Assembly (NCBI RefSeq): GCF_004010195.1
Contig: NC_057758.1
Location: forward strand, 5,842,212-5,899,909
DNA length: 57,698 nt
Direction: 5' to 3'
DNA from: Chiloscyllium plagiosum
Taxonomy: Eukaryota
Shown here: piece after piece, positions 36,111 through 47,399 of the stretch
Layout: every line of letters starts with the position of its first letter
How positions within the stretch are numbered: position 1 is the stretch's first letter
Translations under genes and position numbers: made by a program
The notes under the pieces: generated by a model
What the model was told of the DNA's origin: nothing
The model's database searches: none
What the model saw: only the letters and a program-made list of their open reading frames with translations

Positions 36111-36356
36111 GAGTCCTACCGCACAGGCGCCTTTCTAAGATACGAGTCAGACCGCACAACATATTGCGAACTGGAAGGCTCCACTTAGAAAATGTACTCT
36201 TGCAGAAGTCAGGACAGAGAAGTTTGACTAGGTTGATGTTGCGAATGGAGGGATTTTCAAATGTGAAGGGGCTGAGAAGAATGAGCTTGAACTGATTGGA
36301 GTGCAGAGGATTGAGAGAAAAAATAATGAAGTATCCATATTTTTATGTGGATAGAG

Positions 36357-37253
36357 AACTGGTTGGTGGGCAGGAAGCAGACAGCCCTTTTCAGAGCAGC
36401 AGACAGTGTTACGTGGAATGCCACAGGTTTCAGTGATGGGACACCAGCTGTTCAAAATATATGACCCAAATCCTCCATGCACATGATATAATGTTCCAAA
36501 AGTAGGGATACGTTTCAGCAGTTTTGCAGAGACTTTAGCGATCAGGCCTGTAGGAGTGCATACAGCTTTGGCTTCCCAAAGGTAAGGAAGAGAGGATATC
36601 TATGACATTGAGGGACTGCAGCGGAGGTTCATGAGGCTGATTTGTGAATGGCAGATCTATCCCATGAGGAAAGGTTTGGTCAACTAAGTATTCACGTGTT
36701 TTGAGAAGCATAAGAGAGAATCTGACTGAAATCTACAAAATTCTATCATATTTGAACGACTTAGTTACAGTGACGATGATGCCCGAGTTAAGGGGTTATA
36801 GAACTAACTGGTTGGTGGGCAGGAAGCAGACAGCCCTTTTCAGAGCAGCAGATAGTGTTACGTGAATGCCACAGGTTTCAGTGATGGGTCACCAGCTGTT
36901 CAAAATATATGACCCAAATCCTCCATGCACATGATATAATGTTCCAAAAGTCGGGATACGTTACAGCAGTTTTGCAGAGACTTTAGCGATCAGGCCTGTA
37001 GGAGTGCATACAACTTTGGCTTCCCAAAGGTAAGGAAGAGATGATATCTATGACATTGAGGGACTGCAGCGGAGGTTCATGAGGCTGATTTGGGAATGGC
37101 AGATCTATCCCATGAGGAAAGGTTTGGTCAACTAAGTATTCACGTGTTTTGAGAAGCAGAAGAGAGAATCTGACTGAAATCTACAAAATTCTATCATATT
37201 TGAACGACTTAGTTACAGTGACGATGATGCCCAAGTTAAGGGGTTATAGAACT
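36357..37253 (+). repeat. Recent ~449-bp tandem duplication within decayed CR1 sequence
   Basis: 36357-36805 and 36806-37253 are near-identical; the junction shares (g)aact. Confidence 0.95.
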
Positions 37254-37784
37254 AAAGGATATATTACAGGAGACGTGGTAGAACTGAGATGAAGCAATAG
37301 TTTCTCGTATAGAGAGGTGTCTGCGATGATATGATGATTTTAATGGATGCATTTTAACCTATGCTATTGTTTGTTAACAGGTTTTTAGGCAGAGGTGCTG
37401 AGAAATCTATGCACAGCCACGAGAGTATGCAGTTCGTGAAGCTATAGTTACAAAGAGGGGTTGGAGAGTCTGGTGAAATGCGGTGAGATCGTGGCAGGAG
37501 TAAATTTTCAATACCAAAATTACGGTTTATACTTGATAACGATATAACTGGATCACAAGTGGGAGAGGTGCTCACTCGGGTTGAAAAAATAATGGAAATT
37601 CAAGTAAATCTTGTGATTTTCCTAACTGTGTGACAATATGCTCACAAAGCCACATGCTGGAGCAGGAGGAGAAATCAAAGAATAAAGATAAGCAATTTGA
37701 AGTAGCTGGATCAAAAATCATACATCAAAGAAGAATCTGAGTGCAGTGCCGAATGTTACCCTCTTAGGAATGCGGTCTTAGAGT

Positions 37785-37970
37785 TATTGAGTCATACAGC
37801 ACGAAAACAGACTTCCGGGTTCAACCTGTCATATTAGACATTATCCAAAATTAAATAGCCCCACCTGCCTGCTCCTGGACAATATCCCTCCAAATCCTTT
37901 GTATTCACGTACCTAACCGGATGTCTTTTAAACGTTGCTTTCATTTCCTCATCCATTGCTTCCTCTAGAT
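37785..37970 (-). mobile_element. CR1 LINE 3' tail
   Basis: gagtcatacagcacgaaaacagac..ccacctgcctgctcctggacaatatccctccaaatcc is homologous to 10815-11035. Confidence 0.75.
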
Positions 37971-37987
37971 GTTGCAACACCTGCAGG

Positions 37988-38200
37988 AGTTGGTTTTGCT
38001 CAGTTGACTGGATCCTTGATTTGCAGAGCAGTATGGTACCAACAGCGTGGGCTCAATACCCATCACAGGTTTGAAGTGCCCATGAAGGTCTTTGCTTCTT
38101 CCCTTTTCCCTCGCCTGAGCTCTGGTGATGTTAAGGTTAAATCACCTTTAGTTGCTTCTTTCTGATAAGACCCTTATGGTCTGGTATGATTATGGCTGCT
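37988..38200 (+). mobile_element. Diverged tRNA-derived SINE (family distinct from HE1)
   Basis: ttgctcagttg A-box-like and gggctcaataccc B-box-like motifs; ctcgcctgagctctggtgatgttaaggttaaatcacc is related to 39850-39925. Confidence 0.55.
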
Positions 38201-38339
38201 CAACAAAATTCCACACGCAAATTGGTCTCTGTTGAAAAGAAAATACAGATTTTTTAATCTCTCTACTCTCAGCTTAAAAATGTTCTCAAACTTTGGAAAT
38301 ATGCCATTCCGGGGCAACAATGATTAACTCTGTAACCTT

Positions 38340-38677
38340 TGTTATGGACCTGGCCAGGCCCCCTCAAACGTTTCAAGAAAATGGTCCAGACCCTAACTTT
38401 ACCATTTGTTACAAGCAGGTGTAACGTGAATATTCCTGGCGGGATGCAACTGGTCAAATCACTTCATTGAAACAAAGCAAACTTTATTTACAAGATGACC
38501 GAATGATATACAAAAAAGGAGAACAGAATAGTGAATAATTTATCCGATCCGAAAGATTATCTAAACTTCATGATGCTCTTCCAACTACTTCCAATTATCC
38601 CCATAAACACCCCTGAGCACAAACGTTGAATTCAGCCATAAGTGCTTCCAGGAGAGGAGGATCGGAGAGAGAGAGAG

Positions 38678-38748
<71 letters not shown>

Positions 38749-38870
38749 CATCAGTATGGATCAGCTTCTTTGGGCCCAGCAGCTTCACAACTGCCTGATC
38801 GGTGTCAGTAAACAGCCAGATCAAATCAAATTGAAAAATTGTTGAGCTGGGAGAAATGGACACTACCCTT
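38340..38870 (-). mobile_element. Gypsy LTR fragment containing (GA)n
   Basis: tgttatggacctggccaggccccctcaaacgtttcaagaaaatggtccagaccctaac is the reverse complement of the LTR 3' end at 19804-19862. Confidence 0.7.
38665..38748. repeat. (GA)n microsatellite with two interruptions
   Basis: Direct reading. Confidence 0.98.
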
Positions 38871-39135
38871 GGAAAGCAACACTCTACCACGAAGCTCTGC
38901 GTCCTATCAGTAAGCGAATGTGCCCAATTCACAAACTCTACCAGAATCCGAGGCGACCGAACTTTAAGAATTCGTATACCATGTGGAACTTTGTCAAACG
39001 CTTCACAGAAATCCAAGTAAACATCGCCTGCTGCTCTGCCATCATTAAGATCCTTGAAAACTTTCTCAAAAAAAACTCAAATCGAGTTTGTGAGACACGA
39101 TTTTCCCCGCACAAAACCATGGTGAATAATTCTAA
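38871..39135 (-). mobile_element. CR1 RT fragment
   Basis: DFCEAFDKVPHGIRILKVRS. Confidence 0.8.
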
Positions 39136-39139
39136 TTAA

Positions 39140-39732
39140 CATTTCAGCATTTATATTGCCGTTAATGTGTCTGAGACAATTGTACATACTGATCATAGCC
39201 CCTTAAATTTCGGGGCAAAAGAAAAGGATAAACATTCTCGACGTTTTAGGTGAAGCTTATATTTGCAGCCTTTCGATTTGAAAATTATGCACATGGCAGG
39301 ACAAGAGCTTTTAATTGCTGATGTGTTGTCGTGACATTGATGAAGCAACACGGACGCGTTCAGTGGTGGGAGTAAGCTCCAATTCCTATCTCTATTGCAG
39401 CTAAAAGTTGGGAGTTACCTTCCTGCTGTTAGAATTCCATGTGAGACAACCTGTTTTACTGAATTTGATTGTGCCCACGGTGTGCAATTGAGTCTTAAAA
39501 TATTGGAACAGTTAATTAGTTAAGCCAATTAATTCTTTTATTTTCATTTTGTCTCGATTGTAATTGTAGCATAAAAGTAAAGTATGTGTTTGCATAACAT
39601 CGAGTAGTTTGATCAATCAAATTGCATCTGCAAAGCAAAACTTTACACTTACCTTTAATATAAGAAAAAGAGTAGAGTCTCGGTTACCTTATTAATATAC
39701 TTAGAGGAGGTTTCACCTGGTCCATAATAACA
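39140..39732 (+). mobile_element. Gypsy RNase H end followed by 3' LTR remnant
   Basis: ETIVHTDHSPLNF..LYLQPFDLKIMHMAGQELLIADVLS*, then cagtggtgggagta (also at ~28530), ending cctggtccataataaCA. Confidence 0.75.
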
Positions 39733-40326
39733 TCTCATCTCTACCTCTCCCTCATCAATTATTAAGATATGTCAATCTTGATTTGCAACTGAAACAGTGA
39801 AACATGCACTTAAAAAAACAAAATTGGCCCCAACTAATGTTACCACATGTCCTCTCCTTTGAGTTGTGGTGACCCTCAGTTTAATATCAAAATTACTTTT
39901 CTCTCTGTAATGGGAGAGCATCCTGATGTTCCTTTAGTCTGTTGCATCGTTACTGGTTCTGGATGTGATCGGGATTGCAGATCTTGTAATCATAATATTA
40001 TGAATACCTGCATCTTTTATATGACATTATTGTACGAGGAAGCATCAAATCCACACAATATATTTTGTGATGTAAATGTTCATTTGTTATTAGAATCTGC
40101 TTTCCCTAAAACACAGAATGCGTTCTTACACAGTCCAATACATTGTCGAATGTAAAGTGTCTTGGTGTTGGATAGATCTCAGTCCAGTCACTAATGGTCT
40201 AGGCAATCGTTTATTTATTGCCACGCGATACAATTCATTTCAGTTTGCTTCTTCCACCTCGAACACTTCCATTTTCCTTCACCAAAGTGATGATGAAGTA
40301 TCAACAAACCTGCCAGCTATATAATT

Positions 40327-40442
40327 NNNNNNNNNNNNNNNNNNNNNNNNNNNNNNNNNNNNNNNNNNNNNNNNNNNNNNNNNNNNNNNNNNNNNNNNNN
40401 NNNNNNNNNNNNNNNNNNNNNNNNNNNNNNNNNNNNNNNNNN
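40327..40442. other. Assembly gap (N run)
   Basis: Run of n. Confidence 1.
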
Positions 40443-40446
40443 ACAA

Positions 40447-40484
40447 ACACCTGATGAAGGAGCGTCGCTCCGAAAGCTAGTGTG
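40447..40484 (+). ncRNA. Minimal hammerhead ribozyme, intact core
   Basis: acac-CTGATGA-A-GGAGC-GTC-GCTCC-GAAA-GC-TA-gtgt: 4-bp stem I, 5-bp stem II, palindromic AGCT stem III, CUA triplet. Confidence 0.8.
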
Positions 40485-40571
40485 CTTCCCGTTAAACCTG
40501 TTGGACTATTACCTGGTGTTGTGTGATTTTTAACTTTGTTCACCCCAGTCCAACACCGGCATCTCCGAATC
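40451..40571 (+). mobile_element. Young ~120-bp PLE-type 3'-end insertion, copy 2 only
   Basis: Absent from the paralogous site acacacac|ttgtctcag (~10797); near reverse complement of 42588-42708. Confidence 0.8.
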
Positions 40572-40589
40572 TTGCCTCAGTTATATAGC

Positions 40590-40805
40590 GTCATAGAGTC
40601 ATAAGGATGTACAGCATGGAAACTGACCCTTCAGTCCACGCCAACAAGATATGCCAACCCAATCTAGTCCCACCTGCCAGCACCTGGCCCATATCCCTCC
40701 AACCCTTCCTATTCATATACCCATCCAAATGCCTTTTAAATGTTGCAATTGTACCAGCCTCAACCACTTCCTCTGGCAGCTCATTCCATACACGTACCAC
40801 TCTCT
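40590..40805 (-). mobile_element. CR1/HER1-like LINE 3' tail (paralog of 10815-11035)
   Basis: VRVWNELPEEVVEAGTIATFKRHLDGYMNRKG. Confidence 0.85.
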
Positions 40806-42587
40806 TGTAATGACAGCACCAAACTCAACGTCTCGTTTTCAATGATGGAATATTTATTTTGATGAATATGAAACTTTCTCGAATACATTCCAAAGGTCTC
40901 TCAATATTATCTTGTGAGTGTACACCACAGACACCACACTCACATCACTCCAAACATTTAATACTTTCACTGATTTTGCGCAATTGCTTTTTGCAAACAC
41001 CGGCAGGTGCTCAACACAGCTTCTGGGAATCAAATGTCATCTGACACGCTTCAGTCACTGAAATTTTCTGCAGGTGTTCAACAAGTCAGTCAGTTGAACA
41101 ACAACGCTACTAAAAGTCAGAAGAATGATCAGTGAAAAGGATTTAAGTCCAGGAATTGCTCTGTGTTAAAGGCTTAGGAAGTTTACTAATTACATTTATT
41201 TTCAATTTCCAAGGAATCATTTGTCCATGTTTAATGATACGATCTAGGATCATGATATTAGTTTTTGTGAATTCACTTTTAGGGTAATCACCAAGTTCGT
41301 CGTCTAAAGTTCCTTACATAGTTTTAATACATGCTCTAAAACTTTCTTCCGTGTATGAGGAAAATCACCAGATTTTCTATCTAAATTAGACAATTGTGTA
41401 ACCCGCATTATCATTATTGGTTAATGTTTGAAATGTGGTTGGTGAAGTCTTCATTACAACCAGCATGACTTTAAATTGAGAAAGTCCATTTGGGTTCACG
41501 AATGCCGACATTTCCTTCACTTTTTCCGATAAAGGTACATGAAATTATTGTCTGAGAATGTCAGCTTAAATATGTAAATTGCTTTTGCCATTTTCACATT
41601 ATATTTGTGCAATATAGTACTAATCAAATTTTGTAAGTGCATTGACTTTTCGATAGTTCACACGGAGCCTTTTGTTACCATCTAGCTTTGGTAACATCGC
41701 TGTGGGAGAGCTGCATCTGCTGTAACTGAGGTAAATTGAGTCGTCTCTGAGCATCCTGTTAATCTCTTTTGAACTAATGCCATTTTGAGAGGGTTCAAAC
41801 CACGATGATGTTGCTTCATTGGAAGGGCATTTTTGATACCTACAATGTGCATAATCAGTCTCGTAATTGTCAGCGTATTCCCACAATTATCTCCATATGA
41901 TTGTAATTCATCTTTTAGTACATTTTGATTTTTCACAGGAAACTTTATTCCAGTTTCTGAAAGCTTCCTCATTATTCAAATTCAATTGAGGGAGGTCAAT
42001 TTCAGAATCGTCTGAACTTAGCTCATTTGGCTGAGTATTAAGAGATAACACATTCTCCTTTTGCTCTTCTTCCCTATCAAAATACTCTTTGAACATATTC
42101 AAATAATACACCTTAGGAGTCTTATGTCTACTGGTGTTCCTATCGAATAATTTGATTAGCCCCTCTTTATCTTGCTTTTAAATTTTTACTTCCCGCGGGA
42201 AGCAATTCGAACGCTTTATCTTCACTGGCCAATCTTCGAATTTTCGATCTACTGTTTGCTTGTTGTTTCATTATATGTTGTAAAACTTTAAATACTATCT
42301 TGCCAATTCTCCGTTCAATTCGGTTTCTTCCTGAGATCAGGCACAAACTCCAAAAATGTAGGTTCTGTATGATGACTCGCCAATTTTTCTTTAAGTCATT
42401 TAAGTGGCATTTTCACCTCATGGCCCAAAAGTAATTTAAATGGACTGAATTTAGTTGTTTCATTAGGTGCATCGCTAAATTCAAATATTACAAATGGAAT
42501 TATTTTTTAGCAATCCTCTGGATACTCTTGACAACAGACATTCCACATTTTCTTTAAAGATTGATGTCTCTGTGTTAATGTATACTT
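40806..42587 (-). mobile_element. Gmr1-type gypsy remnant (RNase H, RT, part of IN), truncated by deletion
   Basis: Paralog of 11036-12837; LPKLDGNKRLRVNYRKVNALTKFD. Confidence 0.85.
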
Positions 42588-42859
42588 GATTCGGAGATGC
42601 CGGTGTTGGGCTGGGGTGTACAAAGTTAAAAATCACACAACACCAGGTTATATTCCAACGGGTTGAATTGGAAGCACACTAGCTTTCGGAGCGACGCTCC
42701 TTCATCAGGTGATTGTGGAGGGCTCGACCGTAACACAGAATTTATAGCAAAAATTTGCAGTGTGATGTAACTGAAAATTTCCATTGAAGAATTGGTTGTC
42801 TGTTAAGCTTTTCATCTGTTAGAATGCAGTGATATTTCACTTCTTTCATGTGTAAATCA
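42588..42859 (-). mobile_element. Young ~270-bp PLE-type 3'-end insertion at a deletion junction
   Basis: Same family as 40451-40571; contains a hammerhead; replaces 12838-15872 of copy 1. Confidence 0.85.
42676..42711 (-). ncRNA. Minimal hammerhead ribozyme, intact core
   Basis: Minus strand cac-CTGATGA-A-GGAGC-GTC-GCTCC-GAAA-GC-TA-gtg; core identical to 40451-40482. Confidence 0.8.
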
Positions 42860-45800
42860 CATGAGCTTTGTCATTGGTAAGATTTTGGAGTCTATTGTGA
42901 AGGCTGAAATATCGCAATATCTGGAAGTGCATGGTAATTAGGCAACTCTCACCATGTTTTCATCAAGGGAAGGTTATGCCTGAGAAATCTGCTGGAATTC
43001 ATTAAGGAGATAACGAGCAGGTTAGACAAAAGAGAGCTAATGGCTGTTATCTACTCGGCCTTCCAGAAAGACTTTGCCAATTTACCACGGAGGAAGCTGT
43101 TGAGTAGACAACAGCACATGAGGTGACACGCAATGTCTCAACATGGACAGATTATTGGCAGAAGGCAGAGAGTGGGGATGAAAGAGTCCTTCTCAGCGTG
43201 GCAAAAGTGTCTAGTGGGGTTCTGCAAGGGTCAATATTGTGTAGACAAGCTTTCATCTCCGACATTAGTGATCGAAATGAGGGAACTGTGGGTGTTTTGG
43301 CTAAAGTTTCAGATGTTGCAGAAATCGGTGTAGGGCCAGGTAGTATTATGAATCCGGGGAGTCTGGAGAAGTATTTAGACAGGTAAGGTGTGGCAGATGG
43401 ATGACTTCAAGGGAAATTGCGAGATCATATACTTTAGTCGGAAGAATGCAGCCATCAACTAATTTCTAAATGGACTACAATTCAGAAATCTGAGTGCAGA
43501 GGATCTAGTCCAGGAATCTCCTAAGTTACAAAACCAGAACGTTTCAGGAAAAGCTCGTCAGTTCTGGCAGCATTGTGAAGGTGAATCAGTGTTAATGCTT
43601 TGGGTCCTGTGACCTGTTCTCAAACCTGATGGTAACAAGTTAAATGACAGTTTATATGCAGACATTAGTGTGGGGTAAGGGCGTAAGTAGTAAACGATAG
43701 GTGGGGGCAGAAACGAAAGAGACCGGTGGGACTAACAAAGAGGTAGATTTCGTTTCGGCCAGGAGAGTGAAAAACAGTTAATGCAGACATTTCGTGGCTA
43801 ACAATAAGTAGTTTGCAATGGCAGACTATCTGTTTGCAAGTCTTGATATGTGGGTTGGGGGCAAGGTTCTGTCCCTAACATTATTGAAATCCATATTGAG
43901 TCTGGAGCGCTGCAGTGCTCCCGAAAGTGGTGTCGTTCTATCAGCTTACGCTGAGCTTCACTGGAACACTGCGGCAGAACGAAGACAGAGGTGCTGGTCA
44001 GGGAAAAGCGAATTGTGTTAATGTGGCAAGTAACTGGAAGCCAGGGAGATTTTTCTTGTGGGCAGAACGTAGATGGACTGCGAAGCCGAAGCCCAATTTG
44101 TGCTTTGATTTCCCAATGTAGAATGCAGTAAATTAGATTGCTTGAAGTGCAGATTGAAGTGCTGTTTCATCTGGACAGTAAATCTTCTCCCTTGGACGGA
44201 TAGAAAGGTGGAGGTAAATGGTTTGGTGTGACCACCCTCTGTGTTGAGAATGTTGGCAGTGAAGGAAGAGTGGACCAGTGTGTCCAAGAGGGAACGGTCC
44301 CTGCAGTAGATGGATAGAGGAGGGGAGTAGAACGTGTATCTGGTGGTAGCATCTCACTGGAGGTAGTGGAAATGGAGGCTGATTATCTTCTGGTTGTGGG
44401 TAGTGGTTGGATGGTAGGTACGTTCATGTCCCTGTTTTCGGAGGGAAGAGAATGGGTAGGGGCAGAAGTGTAGAAGATAGCGTCGACCTGGTTGAAGGCC
44501 CTATCAACATCGATGTCGAACAAATCTTCTTTTGAGGAAGAAGATCGACATTTGGGAGGCTCACTTGCCGACGTTCGTTTCACCAGAACATATTTGATGG
44601 AGACGGAGGAACTGAGAGAATGGAGTGGAGTCTTTGCAGAAAGCAAGGTGTGAGTACGTACAGTCCAGGTAGCTGTTGGAGTCAGTGGGTATCAGGAGAC
44701 ATGTTTCGAAATGGAAACAGAGATGGCCAAGAATAGAGGGGAGGGTCAGAGGTAGACCGGATGAAATTGAGGTACAGTGGAAATTTGATCTACTCCAGTT
44801 TAAGACACTCACTACTTATAATGTGGTCTCCTAGACATTAGGAAAATGGAACAGAGACTAAGTGACTGTTTCACAGAACACTTACATTCTACTGGAAAAA
44901 AAGACCTTGAGCTCCCAATAGCCTAGATTTTAATGCATGACCCTGTTTCCTGACCAACATCTCTGACTCAGGCCTGCTGCAGTGTTCCAGAGAGCCTCGG
45001 TGCAAGCTGGAAGACAAACACCTCATTTTCTGCTCGGGACCTTGCAAAACGCCAGTCCCAATGTCGAGTTCAATATTTTTAGAGTCTGAAATTTCCCGTG
45101 TCCTTGCTCCCTCCCCCAAACGACAGACCTGAGTATCTTATGTTCTGCCATTCCACACTACATGTCACTGGCACTCTACTTTGCAAGATAGTTATCTACT
45201 CCTTTGTCTGTCAAAATGCCGTTCTCCCTCTGTGGGCTGTGGTCCCCTCTAACTTTAACTTTTTGCTCGGGATACCACCCTATCTTATGTTTTCCAAGCT
45301 ACCATCAGTTCTGTGCATCATCACCGGACACGAAATGTTCATTCTGATGTGTTTTTATGGATGCTGCCAGACCTACTGAACTTTTCCAGCAATTGCTGTT
45401 TTTTGCTTCTGATTTACAGTGAACGCAGTTCTTGTGGTTTCTCTTCAGGTAATCTCGAAGGTTAGGTAGGAAAGTACAATGTTGGCATTTATTTCGAAAT
45501 GACTAGAATATACAAGGAGGGATGTACTACTCGTGCTTTAAAAGGCACAGGCCCGACCACATTCAGGATATTGTGAGCAATTTTGGGACTCATATGTCAG
45601 GAACAATGCATTGGACCTGATGTGTATCTCGATGAGGTTTACAAGAATTATCCCTGGAATGAAAGACTGAACATATGCGGAATGTTTGGCTACTCTGGGT
45701 GGAAACTGAATGAATGAGCGTGGATCTAGATGAAATTTACAGAATACTGAAGGCCTTGACGAGAGTAGATGGCGGGAGAATATTCCCATTTGCGGGAGAC

Positions 45801-46522
45801 ACTCGTACCCGAGGGCACAACCTGGGAGTAAAGAAAGACCATTTAGATCGGATATAAGCAGAGCCTGGTGAGTCAATGGAATTCATAGATACAGAAGGCC
45901 GTGGTGACAACGTCGTTGTATACAGTTAAGATAGAGGCTGGCAATTTCTTGATTGTTAAGGGAATCAAAGATTCTACGGACTTTGATTATGCCTAACAGA
46001 GACTGCATGGAAACGAATGCTTGTAACGCGTTCTAAATAAAACCCAAAGCTTTTACAATGAGAATCAAATCTCCCGGTTTCGTTTTTTTTTTCTAGTTTC
46101 GTTTAGTTTTTGCTGGGGACCCCAACAAACTGCTGGAAAAAAAGACACTCCATTTTTCAGCTAATGGTTCCTGGTTGATCCTCTCTGCGAACTCTCTCTC
46201 CTGTAAGAATCTGTGTTTTATTTTATTTTTCTTTTGCCAAAGCGTGTGCTTTATCGGATTTGGCAAGAAATCAGATTTGTTCTTTGTTAAGTTTTCAGGT
46301 ATATCATGTTGCTTCGCTTTGCAAATAGTTGTCATTCTAAATTTTGTTTTCATTTGCTGAAGTTTCATTTGGAACACTGTAAATAAATTATGTTCTACTT
46401 AAAACTGAATGGTTTGCCTAACTGCAGTATTCACCGTGCACCTATTTAGAACCACTAAAAGAAGTTATCGTCTGGACCACATTCTTGAAATGTTTAGAGG
46501 GGTTTTGGCCCTATCCATTACA
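42860..46522. mobile_element. Paralogous repeat stack: CR1 (+, 42860-43520), PLE (-, 43525-44785), PLE (+, 44786-45445), CR1 (+, 45446-45975), LTR (+, 45980-46522)
   Basis: Colinear with 15873-19862 without the SINE. Confidence 0.8.
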
Positions 46523-47399
46523 ATAGCATCGATCGTAAAATTTTATGTTTTTAAAGGCAAATACAAGATGCTGTGTTCAAAATGCAATTCGATTTGTCTA
46601 ACAGTCGGCTGTCAATAAAACGTCCTTCATTCTTGTGACACAGTTACGATGCAAGAACAAAATGAATGACATACATTTAACGCAATTCGAATACGAAACA
46701 AATAATACACTTTCAAATGCTTATCATCAACTTGACAATTTCGATAGCATCTCATAAATACACGGTTGGCCACGTGTTGTCTCTCTCCAGTCCAGAAGAA
46801 AGAAGCAATCAGACCCTTTGATTTGTTAAGAAGACGCCTCGCTATTTAAGACATTTCTCCAGCAGAGAACGCCAGTTTTCAGTTGAGTACCAGCATAAAC
46901 TTTCGCAATAACTGAAGCCAACTCTAAACTGAACATGGGGGTGTAAAAAGAAACTCTGACCATACGTTCCATTCACATAGCTAATAATTTCTGTCTTCTG
47001 TCAGTGTGCCAGCCATCTTTGACGTTCAAGAAAAGATCAACCAAGGTTGTCCAAACTCCCTTCATACTCTTGCTCTATTTGTCTATCCTCAAAGAAACTA
47101 ATACCGAGCGATAACTCCAGGCCGTTTACGAACTGACGGTCTGAAGCAAATAATCTAGCATGACTGTGTCAAGACCTCGCTGCAATAACAACAGGAAAGA
47201 ATGGATCTCTCTTAAAATCACGGGACTGTCACTGAAACAACGATCGTTGGGGCACTTTGATCACTGTGCCCAGTAAAATAAAAATCCATCTTTCAGCATG
47301 TACCCTATGTCTGTGTCAGAGAAAAGTTCCGCTTTTCCACAATGACTGTGGCATTTCTCTCTATTAGTTTGCGGTAATTACTCACTATTGACGACCTCC

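Noticed and set aside
38585..39016. ORFs with SL/ER repeats
   Set aside because: Translation through a (GA)n microsatellite joined to a CR1 fragment.
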